Below, piece after piece: positions 1-9,192 of a DNA stretch of 60,731 bases (the stretch's first letter is position 1; the number at the start of each line of letters is the position of its first letter). A model generated the notes under the pieces. It had not been told where the DNA came from, ran no database searches, and saw only the letters and a program-made list of their open reading frames with translations. Source of the stretch: Candidatus Dojkabacteria bacterium (GTDB taxonomy: Bacteria; Patescibacteriota; Dojkabacteria; B142; WJKM01); NCBI GenBank assembly GCA_014729085.1, contig WJKM01000014.1, positions 1 to 60,731 on the forward strand, read 5' to 3'. Both the position numbers and the translations under genes were made by a program.

Positions 1-13
1 AGTCAGGAATGAC
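1..13. repeat. Truncated right end of a GTCATTCC/GGAATGAC palindromic repeat
   Basis: AGTCAGGAATGAC is identical to 218-230; cut by the window edge. Confidence 0.7.
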
Positions 14-140
14 AAAAAGAGGCAAACTCTCTATTCTTAATCCTCTTCGAAATAGTATAAAAGAATAAACGATAAGACTCGAAAGTGCTAACCCCTTCTA
101 GAATCTTCCAAAATAATACGGAATGGCCTCTTCTTCCCTA

Positions 141-231
141 TGTCATTCCTGCGAAAGCAGGAATCTCGTCTTTTTATCTTCACTCCGTCCGTATATTTTA
201 CGCAAGATTCCTGATCAAGTCAGGAATGACA
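141..231. repeat. REP/dRS3-like paired palindromic element
   Basis: TGTCATTCCTGCGAAAGCAGGAATCT (141-166) and AGATTCCTGATCAAGTCAGGAATGACA (205-231) are two hairpins in inverted orientation with TGTCATTCCTG/CAGGAATGACA outer ends. Confidence 0.8.
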
Positions 232-352
232 TAAAACACTAGATTTCTAGTCATAGGGGATACTAGACTCCAATTCTTGAGTATTTGAAAAACACATGTT
301 TTCAATACCAAAAATTTTAATGTATTATAAATTAATTATAAAATTCAACATC

Positions 353-823
353 ATGTTTAACAAAAGCTCCCTTTGTAAATTTCTGGTAGAAGCTAAAAAA
401 GCAACCTATGCCTCTGGTAATCAATCAATAAAAAAAATCAACCCTGACAAATCAACTACAATAGTTTATAAAATTGGAGACTGGAAATATCACGACAACT
501 ACTTTGGAGGAGAACCTTACGGGGGTAGAGAAGTCGTTTTTTATAAAAACAATCCTCTTTATATCATGACTTATTATGGATCAGTAGACTCAAAAGTCAA
601 AAACATAGATAACATATACACTGTATTAATGAATGCTCTAAAACTCATTCCATTAGAACATCCCTTTAGAGGTCCGAAAAAATATACAGAAGATGAATAT
701 GTTTACACCAATAAATTTAAAGGAAAAGTAGATAAATTCTCTGGTAATGAAAAGATCTCAAAGAATGGAGCTATTCTTTACAAAGCCTCATACATGGGGG
801 GATTAGTAAACCAAAGAAAATGA
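353..823 (+). CDS. DUF5680-like conserved hypothetical protein
   Basis: FLVEAKKATYA...YHDNYFGGEPYGGREVV...PFRGP...Y.GG pattern; ATG at 353 preferred over 296. Confidence 0.7.
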   Translation: MFNKSSLCKFLVEAKKATYASGNQSIKKINPDKSTTIVYKIGDWKYHDNYFGGEPYGGREVVFYKNNPLYIMTYYGSVDSKVKNIDNIYTVLMNALKLIPLEHPFRGPKKYTEDEYVYTNKFKGKVDKFSGNEKISKNGAILYKASYMGGLVNQRK

Positions 824-859
824 GATAAGTGAAAAATATAAGTATAATATCTTTTTAAT

Positions 860-888
860 TTGACACTCCAGTAAACTCTTAATATAAT
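860..888 (+). promoter_or_regulatory. sigma70 promoter, perfect consensus
   Basis: TTGACA(860-865)-N17-TATAAT(883-888). Confidence 0.8.
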
Positions 889-915
889 TCCACATCAAAA
901 CACAAATAACAAATT

Positions 916-956
916 TATAGACTTCATTTAACACCAAATAAATGAGGTCTATATTT
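916..956 (+). terminator. 15-bp hairpin (terminator or attenuator candidate) in the PRTase leader
   Basis: TATAGACTTCATTTA / TAAATGAGGTCTATA, one G-U pair, 8-nt loop, short T tract. Confidence 0.5.
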
Positions 957-1091
957 ACAATAAAACAAGATACCATTGATTAGTAAATAAAAAAATTTAA
1001 TTAATCAATCAATCCTATCTTAAACGAATCGTTAGAACAAAACGAAAACGAGCCGTTAAAAAGGTATTACTCATTCAAAGAGATAGAGGAC

Positions 1092-1499
1092 ATGTGTTGG
1101 AAGCTAGGGGAGGAGTTAACAGATCTTGAATTTGATGGAATAGTTACAATGCCTTTGGGTGGGATGGTCCCGGCCTGTTTTCTGGGAAAGATTCTTCAAA
1201 TAAAAAATATTATCACTTTAAATACCAATTACTACGATGGAGAAGAGCGGCTCGATACTCTTCTAATACTTGACGATCCCGATATACTCCCCAGAGAGAA
1301 GAAATTACTTTTAGTTGATGACATAGTTGATTCTGGAACAACGATGAGAACCGTTTTGGGAATGCTTGAAGAAAGAGGCAACAGCGTAACTTCAGCAGCT
1401 CTTCATTACAAACCTTCAAAATCCAAAAACATGAAACCAGACTTTTACGGCGAAGCTGTAGATGAGTGGATAGTGTATCCGTGGGAGATTAATGAATGA
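1092..1499 (+). CDS. Type I phosphoribosyltransferase (xanthine/hypoxanthine-guanine PRT-like)
   Basis: PRPP-binding motif LLVDDIVDSGTT and C-terminal WIVYPWE; true start probably upstream of 1092. Confidence 0.85.
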   Translation: MCWKLGEELTDLEFDGIVTMPLGGMVPACFLGKILQIKNIITLNTNYYDGEERLDTLLILDDPDILPREKKLLLVDDIVDSGTTMRTVLGMLEERGNSVTSAALHYKPSKSKNMKPDFYGEAVDEWIVYPWEINE

Positions 1500-1654
1500 T
1501 TCAATTAAAACCTTTCCAGCATCTGAATGTTCTTTTCAAATTAGAAACAATCAATTACAGGAAACACTTATCAATTTGCACATTCTTAATTTTTTCGTCC
1601 ATTCTTGTATCACCTGTCCGCCTCTGGAGGAAGACAAAAATGGACATAATCTTT

Positions 1655-2146
1655 TTACTCAATTAATTCAAGAATACATAACTTCCTTTCATATTCCTTG
1701 ATCTTATCTAAATTTCTACCACAAACCCCGAGTTTATATATCTTAATCAAATCCTCTAAAATTACTGTTTTTATTTCTGTTTCACTAATTATGAATTTCT
1801 TTAATCTCCCCATTCTAATTCCATGATCTTTAAAATAATATTCAAAAGAATCAAAGGATATATCAAAAGGTTTACCATCATTCATCTTAATATTAAGATG
1901 ATTTGCATGTAGATTATGCTTTGTGCGAAAAAATTTGTAAGGTAGTTCAAAATTATCAAATATCTCCATTATCTTATCAAAGTCCTTTTCTTTGACAATA
2001 ATATCTATATCATTAATCTCTGCTTGCTCATCCCTGGTATATAAAAAATAGGCTACGGAGCCATATAGTAAATACTTAATATCTTTAAGGCTTAATTTGT
2101 TTGATATCTCTGCAAACAATTTAATTGCTGTCTTTATATTCTCCAT
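1655..2146 (-). CDS. Nucleotidyltransferase-fold protein
   Basis: LLYGSVA...DIDIIV (hG[GS]...DxD) motif and a later acidic residue in FDISFD. Confidence 0.7.
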   Translation of the reverse strand: MENIKTAIKLFAEISNKLSLKDIKYLLYGSVAYFLYTRDEQAEINDIDIIVKEKDFDKIMEIFDNFELPYKFFRTKHNLHANHLNIKMNDGKPFDISFDSFEYYFKDHGIRMGRLKKFIISETEIKTVILEDLIKIYKLGVCGRNLDKIKEYERKLCILELIE

Positions 2147-2209
2147 AATTAAATTTCTAGTAAATTATGCTAAAATTCTTGTGATCTACATATTTTACTA
2201 TTTCATTTT

Positions 2210-2458
2210 ATGGAAACATGTCCATTAGTTCAACAAGAAATAGCATGTATTTCCGACCCCGAAATAGTAGCTTCTGGAGACTCAAAATATAAAATGTTCT
2301 CTATTGTTCCAATTCCCCCTCATGTTGGTGCCGAACAGCCGACGTGTCCAGATAGTTGCCCACATCTTCTTGCATCTGAATGTACCAGTATAAGGCAAAA
2401 CCCACAATTCCCTAAAACTTTATCTGCAACTTTAACCCTTCCCGTAGAGAACAAATAA
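2210..2458 (+). CDS. Small Cys-rich hypothetical protein
   Basis: 82-aa ORF, higher GC than its flanks, 5 Cys including CPDSCPH. Confidence 0.5.
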   Translation: METCPLVQQEIACISDPEIVASGDSKYKMFSIVPIPPHVGAEQPTCPDSCPHLLASECTSIRQNPQFPKTLSATLTLPVENK

Positions 2459-2671
2459 ACAAACTAGAGATTAACTACTCGTATGTTTAGGAAATCAACT
2501 CGGTTCTAGTTATTATTTGGGAAAAATCCACAAAAATTGTTCCCATATTTTCTTTCAATCATTTTAAAGCCTAATCTTAAATGCATTACTAATTTGAAAA
2601 AGGGGAATAAAAGTTATAAACATAATTTCATCCTGATATAATTAAATTCAATATATATTTAATAAGAGATA

Positions 2672-3145
2672 ATGCAAGATGCTTTTCCAATAAACGTAGT
2701 TCTCGATGATATCCGATCCGCACTAAATGTAGGTGCGATTTTTCGGACATGCGAAGCGACAAATATAGACACTTTATACCTAACAGGAATAACGCCATAT
2801 CCACCGCACAATAAAATACCTAAGACTGCTCTTGGTGCAGTCGCAAATGTTAATTGGATACATAATAAAAATAGATTACAAGTACTTAATAAACTGAAGA
2901 AAAAGAATAACAGAATCATATCGGTTGAAATTACAAACAACTCAAAGGATTTGTACCAATTTGATTTTCAGTCCCCCTCAGCCCTCGTTTTTGGGCACGA
3001 AGTCAATGGTGTGGACAACAAAATTCTGGAAATTTCTAATGATATAGTACATATCCCTATGTTTGGTAAAAAAGAATCATTAAATGTAGCAACTAGCTGC
3101 GGTATAGTTTTATATGAAATAATCAGGCAATTAAAATATAGTTAA
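2672..3145 (+). CDS. SpoU/TrmH-family RNA 2'-O-methyltransferase
   Basis: NVGAIFRT, VFGHEVNG and IPMFGKKESLNVA SPOUT motifs. Confidence 0.92.
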   Translation: MQDAFPINVVLDDIRSALNVGAIFRTCEATNIDTLYLTGITPYPPHNKIPKTALGAVANVNWIHNKNRLQVLNKLKKKNNRIISVEITNNSKDLYQFDFQSPSALVFGHEVNGVDNKILEISNDIVHIPMFGKKESLNVATSCGIVLYEIIRQLKYS

Positions 3146-3712
3146 ATGATAAGAATTACTGCAGGAAAACTAAAAAATAGAAAACTTGAAGTTCCAAATG
3201 CAGCACGTCCGTTAACGGACCGTATCAGATTATCTGTTTTTGACCTGCTTAGTGATTTCACAGAAGATGCCAAAGTTCTTGATCTTTACGCTGGGAGCGG
3301 AGTAACCGGACTGGAGGCAATAAGTAGAGGAGCAAATAGCTGTACATTTATAGATAAAGATGAAAAAGCAGTCAAAATAATCAAAGCCAACTTAAAACAT
3401 TGTAATTTAAATGATAAGTCTCGATTTAGTGTACTCAAATCTTCGGCTAGAAGATATCTGCAAAATACAAAGGAAAAATTTGATTTAATCTTTCTTGACC
3501 CACCTTTTAATCAAATCAATAGAGTAGACTTAGATCTTATTTCAAATACACTGACCTCTAACGGTATTATAACTGCAAGGCTTCCAAGTAACTTTACAAC
3601 AGAAAGAAAAAAAGATATTAAAATGGACACAATAGAAGAGGTCTACAAGAAAAAATATGGTTCCTCTGAAGTTGCTTTCTATCGTCCGAAAAGTGCAACT
3701 CAAACAAAATAG
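3146..3712 (+). CDS. rsmD: 16S rRNA m2G966 methyltransferase
   Basis: MIRITAGK, LDLYAGSG, EAISRGA, DLIFLDPPF. Confidence 0.92.
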   Translation: MIRITAGKLKNRKLEVPNAARPLTDRIRLSVFDLLSDFTEDAKVLDLYAGSGVTGLEAISRGANSCTFIDKDEKAVKIIKANLKHCNLNDKSRFSVLKSSARRYLQNTKEKFDLIFLDPPFNQINRVDLDLISNTLTSNGIITARLPSNFTTERKKDIKMDTIEEVYKKKYGSSEVAFYRPKSATQTK

Positions 3713-3861
3713 GGTTTTTCGACCTTTACACTTTCTGATAAACATATTAATATGATAAAATTAACAAGCAAAATTCAAATAGTAAGATAGTAAAGACCTG
3801 TCTATTACATTGAAACTTGCAGAATCGTTAATTGTATATAGTTAATTGTTAATTCTTTATA

Positions 3862-4044
3862 ATGGGAGCACATCCAAAGCGAAAATTACATAGAAAATAC
3901 ACAAGAAGATCACACTTGAGTCTTAAATGGCCTAGCTTTACAAAAGACCCTGATACAGGAAAATTAATTCTTTCACATAGAGTTTCACCTTATACAGGGA
4001 AATACAATGGGAAACAGATCGTTGCTGTAAAAGACGAAGCATAA
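3862..4044 (+). CDS. rpmF: 50S ribosomal protein bL32 (Cys-free form)
   Basis: AHPKRK...RRSH...HRV...G.YNGK. Confidence 0.88.
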   Translation: MGAHPKRKLHRKYTRRSHLSLKWPSFTKDPDTGKLILSHRVSPYTGKYNGKQIVAVKDEA

Positions 4045-4071
4045 ATAAGATTATACCTTTTCATACATTCT

Positions 4072-4099
4072 AAAAAAGCCTTAACTATTGAGGCTTTTT
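4072..4099 (+). terminator. Intrinsic terminator after rpmF
   Basis: AAAAAAGCCTTAA-CTA-TTGAGGCTTTTT. Confidence 0.75.
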
Positions 4100-4116
4100 A
4101 ATTCAAATTTAGGACC

Positions 4117-4599
4117 ATGAAAAATCGAAAAGATCCACGGCACTTGGCACGTCAACTAGCTCTACAAAAACTTTTCACCTATGATTTTTTTCAAAAAGAT
4201 GAAAATAAAGATTTTGGTTTTTCTTTAGAAGAATTAAAGGAGATAAATTCTAGTGCAAATATTGACCTTGATTCGGAGTTTATCGGCAAATTAATTGAAG
4301 GAGTTCTGCAATTTAAAGAACCAATGAATGAGATTATTATAGAACTAGCTCCTGAAAGACCAATTAAAGATATGGCAAAGGTTGACCTGCAAATTCTATA
4401 TTTAGCAATATATGAAGGTCTTATTGCAAAGCTAACACCCATTAAGGTTGTAATAGACGAAGCCATTGAGTTAGCAAAAGAATTCGGTGGAGATAAAAGT
4501 GGAAAGTTTGTGAATGGTGTTCTTGGCAATCTAATAAAAAATAAAAAACTAACAAAGAAACTCGAAAAATCATGCAAAAACAAGAAGAAAAAAAGTTAA
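4117..4599 (+). CDS. nusB: Transcription antitermination factor NusB
   Basis: [31 protein letters not shown]. Confidence 0.95.
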   Translation: MKNRKDPRHLARQLALQKLFTYDFFQKDENKDFGFSLEELKEINSSANIDLDSEFIGKLIEGVLQFKEPMNEIIIELAPERPIKDMAKVDLQILYLAIYEGLIAKLTPIKVVIDEAIELAKEFGGDKSGKFVNGVLGNLIKNKKLTKKLEKSCKNKKKKS

Positions 4600-5315
4600 A
4601 AAAATTAGAGCAAAGTCTTGAGATAGAATTCAAAGATATAAAACTCTTGAAAAACGCACTTATACATAGATCCTACTTGAATGAGGCTAACCAAAAGGAT
4701 GAACTATCAAATAATGAAAGGCTTGAATTCTTAGGAGATGCCGTACTTGAACTTATCGTTACGGAATATTTATTCATTCAGTATCCAAAGCGACCTGAAG
4801 GAGACCTAACAAGCTTCAGAGCTGCCACTGTTAAAACTGAAACACTAGCTCAAGTATCAAGAGAACTAGACTTAGGAAAATATTTATATATTAGTAAAGG
4901 TGAAGATCTAACCCATGGAAGATCAAAGCCTTATATACTTGCAAATACATTTGAGGCACTTCTTGGAGCTATCTATGAAGATCAGGGATATGAAAAAGCC
5001 AAAGAGTTTGTTTATAATAAATTAATACCAAAAATTAAAAATATTGTTAAATATAGATTGGACATAGATAATAAATCAAAATTGCAAGAAATATCCCAGG
5101 AGATCCTGCATATTACCCCTGTTTATAAACTTGTTAAAGCAGAAGGGCCCGACCATAATAAAACTTTTGTTATGAAAATTGTAATAGGGGAGAGAACGTT
5201 TGAAAAGGGGACTGGGAAAAGCAAACAAGAAGCCGAACAAGATGCTGCAAAATCCGCTTTGAAAAACTGGGATAAGATTGTAGATGAATTTAAAACAAAT
5301 GCCGATAAACAATAA
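4572..5315 (+). CDS. rnc: Ribonuclease III
   Basis: [12 protein letters not shown] signature and C-terminal dsRBD. Confidence 0.97.
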   Translation: MQKQEEKKLKKLEQSLEIEFKDIKLLKNALIHRSYLNEANQKDELSNNERLEFLGDAVLELIVTEYLFIQYPKRPEGDLTSFRAATVKTETLAQVSRELDLGKYLYISKGEDLTHGRSKPYILANTFEALLGAIYEDQGYEKAKEFVYNKLIPKIKNIVKYRLDIDNKSKLQEISQEILHITPVYKLVKAEGPDHNKTFVMKIVIGERTFEKGTGKSKQEAEQDAAKSALKNWDKIVDEFKTNADKQ

Positions 5316-5388
5316 ATATGATAAAATCATCAAAGAATAATACAAACGTATTATCTTTAAAATTAGTTAATTTTTAACAAATAGTATT

Positions 5389-6006
5389 GTGGTTAAATTA
5401 AGATTAAAAAGACTTGGTAAAAGAAACCAACCTCACTTTAGAATAATTGCTGTACAAGCAAGGACTAAAAGAGATGGAAAATCTTTAGAGGATCTAGGAC
5501 ATTATTCCCCAGTATCCAAGAAATATAAAATTAATAAAGAAAGGGTAGAATATTGGCTCTCTCAGGGCGCCCAACCAACAGAAACAGTCGAAAACCTTTT
5601 GATAAAAGAAAAAATATTACCTGAAAAAAAATATAAAAAAGAGTATAAAAAACCTCCAAAGAGAAAAGCACAGGAAAGGGCTAAAAAAGAAAAGACAGAT
5701 GCTAAGGAAGATAAAGAAAAACCTGAAAAAAGTGTAGAGGAAGAAGAGAAACAAAAAAATGAAAATAAAGATAAACAGGAAAAGAAAGAAAAGGAGGAAA
5801 CTAAGGAAAAATCTGAAAAAAGTGCAGAGGGAGAAGAGAAACAAAAAGATGAAAATAAAGACAAACAGGAAAAGAAAGAAAAAGAGGATAGTGCGAAAAA
5901 TAAAGAAAAACCTGAAAATAGTGCAGAAGGGGAAGATAAACAGAAAGATGAAGCTAAAGACAAGAAAGATACTAAGGAAACTAAGGATGCAGAAGAAAAG
6001 GAATAA
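5389..6006 (+). CDS. rpsP: 30S ribosomal protein bS16 with long repetitive K/E tail
   Basis: VKLRLKRLG...RDGK...LGHY...WLSQGAQPTETV; GTG start. Confidence 0.95.
   Translation: MVKLRLKRLGKRNQPHFRIIAVQARTKRDGKSLEDLGHYSPVSKKYKINKERVEYWLSQGAQPTETVENLLIKEKILPEKKYKKEYKKPPKRKAQERAKKEKTDAKEDKEKPEKSVEEEEKQKNENKDKQEKKEKEETKEKSEKSAEGEEKQKDENKDKQEKKEKEDSAKNKEKPENSAEGEDKQKDEAKDKKDTKETKDAEEKE
5713..5970 (+). repeat. About three imperfect 90-99-bp coding tandem repeats in the rpsP tail
   Basis: Units begin at 5713, 5803 and 5902 (KEKPEKSVEEEEKQKNENKDK / KEKSEKSAEGEEKQKDENKDK / KEKPENSAEGEDKQKDEAKDK). Confidence 0.85.
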
Positions 6007-6050
6007 TGCAAACCTTGAAATTTTAGACTTTATACTTTAAAACCGAAATT

Positions 6051-6284
6051 ATGAAAGAAACATTAATGTTTATCCTAAAAACAATTTTGGGTGAAGATAA
6101 AAATATTGAATTATCTGAAGAAACCGAATCTAGTGGTACAATAAACTATAATATAGAAGTAAGTGATGACCTAAAACCTCGCCTAATTGGAAAAGGGGGG
6201 AGAACAATATCAGCTGTATATCACCTACTTAATATTCAGGCTAAAAGGGAGAATACAAGAATTCATCTTAAAATTAAAGACTAA
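6051..6284 (+). CDS. khpA: KH-domain RNA-binding protein
   Basis: RLIGKGGRTI GxxG loop; usual position after rpsP. Confidence 0.85.
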   Translation: MKETLMFILKTILGEDKNIELSEETESSGTINYNIEVSDDLKPRLIGKGGRTISAVYHLLNIQAKRENTRIHLKIKD

Positions 6285-6370
6285 ACCTTTCTATTGAAAC
6301 TTAATCCCGCAAACAAAGAGCAAGCTCTGAGGATCCTATTCTTATCTTCCTGTCTCATCGAATAATGGAA

Positions 6371-7237
6371 TTAAAATCCGCTATCACTTGGTCTTTCATC
6401 AGTAACTTCATATTCTTCCTCAACGGTATCAAAATGTGTTGTGGTATCTGATTTTCTCTCAATAAAATCAATTACTACTTCATCAAGTTTTTCCTTATAG
6501 GAAACTGAATCTAAAAGCTGTCTTTCTTTTTCCCCATCTTCAATTGGTAAATATTGATACTTAGACAATGCAATTTCCATTTTAGAATTTCCCTCTAATT
6601 GGTTCTCCAACTCCATTTCAGTAATGACAATAAAGTCACTTCCTGTATATATCGCAGAAAGAAAATCCCTGAAATTTTGCAACGGAGCCGTCAAACTTAA
6701 TTCTGTTGCGATCTGTACTAACTTCAGCTGAGGTTTTCCTTGACTAGTTTCTCCATCAGGGGATACCTCTGGTTCATTCTCCAGGATTCTTTCCCCTGTA
6801 ATCAGTTCTGGAAGATCTACAATAGTTTCAAATCCAATTTGCCTTAATTTTTCTTCAAAAGAGACGACCTCTGTTTTGGAGGTAGGAATGATCAAGTTCA
6901 ATCTATCAAGCAATTCCGAGTTTAATTGATTAGATTCACGTAACTGTTGTAATTCCGTTAATTCCACTTTTGCCTGTTGTAGTTCTGCTTCAACCTTTTC
7001 TTTATCTTCCAAACTCTTATACATTTCCTTAATTTGAGGAATTGTTGCGTAGAAAAGTATAGCGGCAAAAATTATTAGTGAAAAAATTGGCACATAATAC
7101 AGCTTAATCTTCCTCTCCAAAGACTCAGATTCCATTTTTTGCTGTTGTTTTTTGCGCAGATTATCTTCGATCTGACTCTTGTCTTGCTTTTTTATTTTTG
7201 CCTTTGGAGTATTTTTTTGATTATTCTGTTCGGCCAT
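6371..7237 (-). CDS. PilO-like type IV pilus alignment protein
   Basis: TM segment, coiled coil and ferredoxin-like tail; third gene after pilM. Confidence 0.65.
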   Translation of the reverse strand: MAEQNNQKNTPKAKIKKQDKSQIEDNLRKKQQQKMESESLERKIKLYYVPIFSLIIFAAILFYATIPQIKEMYKSLEDKEKVEAELQQAKVELTELQQLRESNQLNSELLDRLNLIIPTSKTEVVSFEEKLRQIGFETIVDLPELITGERILENEPEVSPDGETSQGKPQLKLVQIATELSLTAPLQNFRDFLSAIYTGSDFIVITEMELENQLEGNSKMEIALSKYQYLPIEDGEKERQLLDSVSYKEKLDEVVIDFIERKSDTTTHFDTVEEEYEVTDERPSDSGF

Positions 7238-7242
7238 TTGAT

Positions 7243-7794
7243 TTAGTCTAGAAGATTAAATGTAATTTGAAATTCTATCGCTCCAGAATTTTCCTCGTTT
7301 TGTAAATATGACAATTCAACATCCAAAATTTCTTCATTATTTCTAAATATTCTATTAATTGAAGCTACAGAAGAAGGAGAGTCGGCAATTGCTTTTATAA
7401 AAAACTTACCAGTTTTCTCACGCCCATATGTTGTAATATGTATATCTAAATTCGAGTCTTTAATAACTCTCTGGACAATGTTAAAAAACTTCTCCGGATT
7501 AACATCCCTAATCACAATATCTTTTAGGACTCTAGTTTTTAAAATTAAAAGGGCTTTCTTATCTTTATCAGATTGATATTCAAGCATTTCTCGCTCAACC
7601 TGACTGATTTCATTTCTAATATTTTTAATACTTCTTTCTACCGAATAATTTAAAAACATAAAAATAATCCATCCAAGTACGGCAACAAAGGGGAGAACTG
7701 CAGCAAACATAGAAGTATTTTCTACAGCGGTTTTAGTCTTTTGCCTTTGTTCAAAAACTTCCTTTGGAAGCAAATTAAAACCTTTGTTTTCCAT
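7243..7794 (-). CDS. PilN-like protein
   Basis: N-terminal FNLLP PilM-binding motif, TM segment, coiled coil. Confidence 0.75.
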   Translation of the reverse strand: MENKGFNLLPKEVFEQRQKTKTAVENTSMFAAVLPFVAVLGWIIFMFLNYSVERSIKNIRNEISQVEREMLEYQSDKDKKALLILKTRVLKDIVIRDVNPEKFFNIVQRVIKDSNLDIHITTYGREKTGKFFIKAIADSPSSVASINRIFRNNEEILDVELSYLQNEENSGAIEFQITFNLLD

Positions 7795-7821
7795 TTCCAA
7801 TTATTATTAATAAATTTTTAA

Positions 7822-8889
7822 TTATTCCTGTTTAAGTCCCAAACCTATTGCTACAGTATAACCTGCTGGAACAACCTCGTTTTTAATGTTGGAAAGTCCA
7901 CCTGTTAACTTTAAATTTGCCATAGGATCAAAAATACTTGTATTTACTCCAAGAGCTGTTTGTATATATTGAGCTAATCCAGGCATCATTGAGCCATTAC
8001 CTGTCAATAATATTTGTTGTGGTTTTCCATATTGAAGTCTGGTTTCGACAAACCCATTTATCTTATGTAATTCATTCACAACAACATCAAGAACAGGTTT
8101 AATTGAATTGTAAATTTTTCCTCCATCCGCTTGATTAGGAAGAACACCGTACGCAGTTTTATATTGTTCAGCTTGACTAGGCTGAATACCAAAATCGGTT
8201 GAAATGGCTTTGGTGAACATAGCTGATCCATTTCGTATACTTTGAGAAAAAATAACTTTTCCGTTATACACAACACAAGCATTAGTAGTATCAGCTCCAA
8301 AATCTATCATCATTGTAAGAGGTTGATTCCCTTGATAAGTGAAAGAAAAAGCCCGAGCAATTGCTACAGACTCTACTTCTAGTGCTACCAATTCTAATTC
8401 TGCCCGGTGGCAAAGTTCTAGATATCCTTCAACCATACTTCTTGGCGCAGCAATAACCATTGCCGAAACAGCATTTGTTCCATCTGAATTTTTCTTCCGT
8501 TCAATTTCTATCCAATCCACCTGGGCTTCTTCAAGAGGAATTGGTAAAACCTGTTTGGCTTCCCAATATATCATTTCCTCTAGTTTTGCTTGATCTACAA
8601 GTGGTAAATTAGGTAACAGCTTTGTAAAAATTGTGCTTTCAGGCATAGAGGTTACAACCTGTTTTAACTTAACACCTGATGATTGAATTAAAGTTTTTAA
8701 TGTCGATACCATCAGTTCTAATTTTTCAGGTTCCTCCTTAGATGGAATTACAGTTTCAAGATCATTTGGGAAATTGATACTCCCAATTGCCTTAAGTCTA
8801 GCAGAATTTGAACCTTTTCTATCAATCTGTACTAATTTTATCGAACTCTGTCCAATATCAAGAGCAAAAAATGGTGTTCCAGAAGCCAT
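7822..8889 (-). CDS. pilM: Type IV pilus assembly protein PilM
   Basis: ALDIGQSSIKLV, IDFGADTT, LLTGNGS, VAIGLGLK actin-like motifs. Confidence 0.93.
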   Translation of the reverse strand: MASGTPFFALDIGQSSIKLVQIDRKGSNSARLKAIGSINFPNDLETVIPSKEEPEKLELMVSTLKTLIQSSGVKLKQVVTSMPESTIFTKLLPNLPLVDQAKLEEMIYWEAKQVLPIPLEEAQVDWIEIERKKNSDGTNAVSAMVIAAPRSMVEGYLELCHRAELELVALEVESVAIARAFSFTYQGNQPLTMMIDFGADTTNACVVYNGKVIFSQSIRNGSAMFTKAISTDFGIQPSQAEQYKTAYGVLPNQADGGKIYNSIKPVLDVVVNELHKINGFVETRLQYGKPQQILLTGNGSMMPGLAQYIQTALGVNTSIFDPMANLKLTGGLSNIKNEVVPAGYTVAIGLGLKQE

Positions 8890-9021
8890 ATTCAATTTAT
8901 AATAAATATTACTCTTATATTTTGTACTATTTAATACAAAAAATCAATTAATCTATAAAAGAAATATTGATAAATATAATTCTAGTTGCTAATCTATTAC
9001 TGATAAAATCAATAAATAATT

Positions 9022-9168
9022 GTGACAAATAAAAATCTTGAATTTAGAAGAAATGTTGGTTTGCGAAACAATATTCAACCTGCAGAAATTATACTTTACG
9101 ATCCTAGGTATATTATTCTATTCGAAGATATTTTAGGATATAGTCTATTAACTGTTAGAGAAAAGTAA
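9022..9168 (+). pseudogene. Isolated 3' end of an adhesin gene (possible 48-aa GTG-start mini-ORF)
   Basis: Encodes EFRRNVGLRNNIQPAEIILYDPRYIILFEDILGYSLLTVREK*, identical to the C-terminus of 9193..11976. Confidence 0.75.
9038..9168 (+). repeat. 131-bp direct repeat, copy 1
   Basis: Matches 11846..11976 with 2 mismatches. Confidence 0.95.
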
Positions 9169-9192
9169 TTAATATTATACAAGCATTACTCT

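Noticed and set aside
1492-1701. 69-aa ORF after the PRTase
   Set aside because: No recognisable motif and it overlaps the convergent nucleotidyltransferase gene; not supportable
4034-4061. Second dif-like site (GCATAA-N6-TTATAC)
   Set aside because: Outer arms do not match, it overlaps the rpmF stop, and it is expected by chance in AT-rich DNA
5713-5970. CRISPR-like array
   Set aside because: In-frame coding repeats without unique spacers; no cas genes
5562-6040. Overlapping F/S/L-rich or K/R-rich ORFs (also 47175-47515 and 20946-21353)
   Set aside because: Shadow frames of low-complexity tails of rpsP, rpsB and pilT
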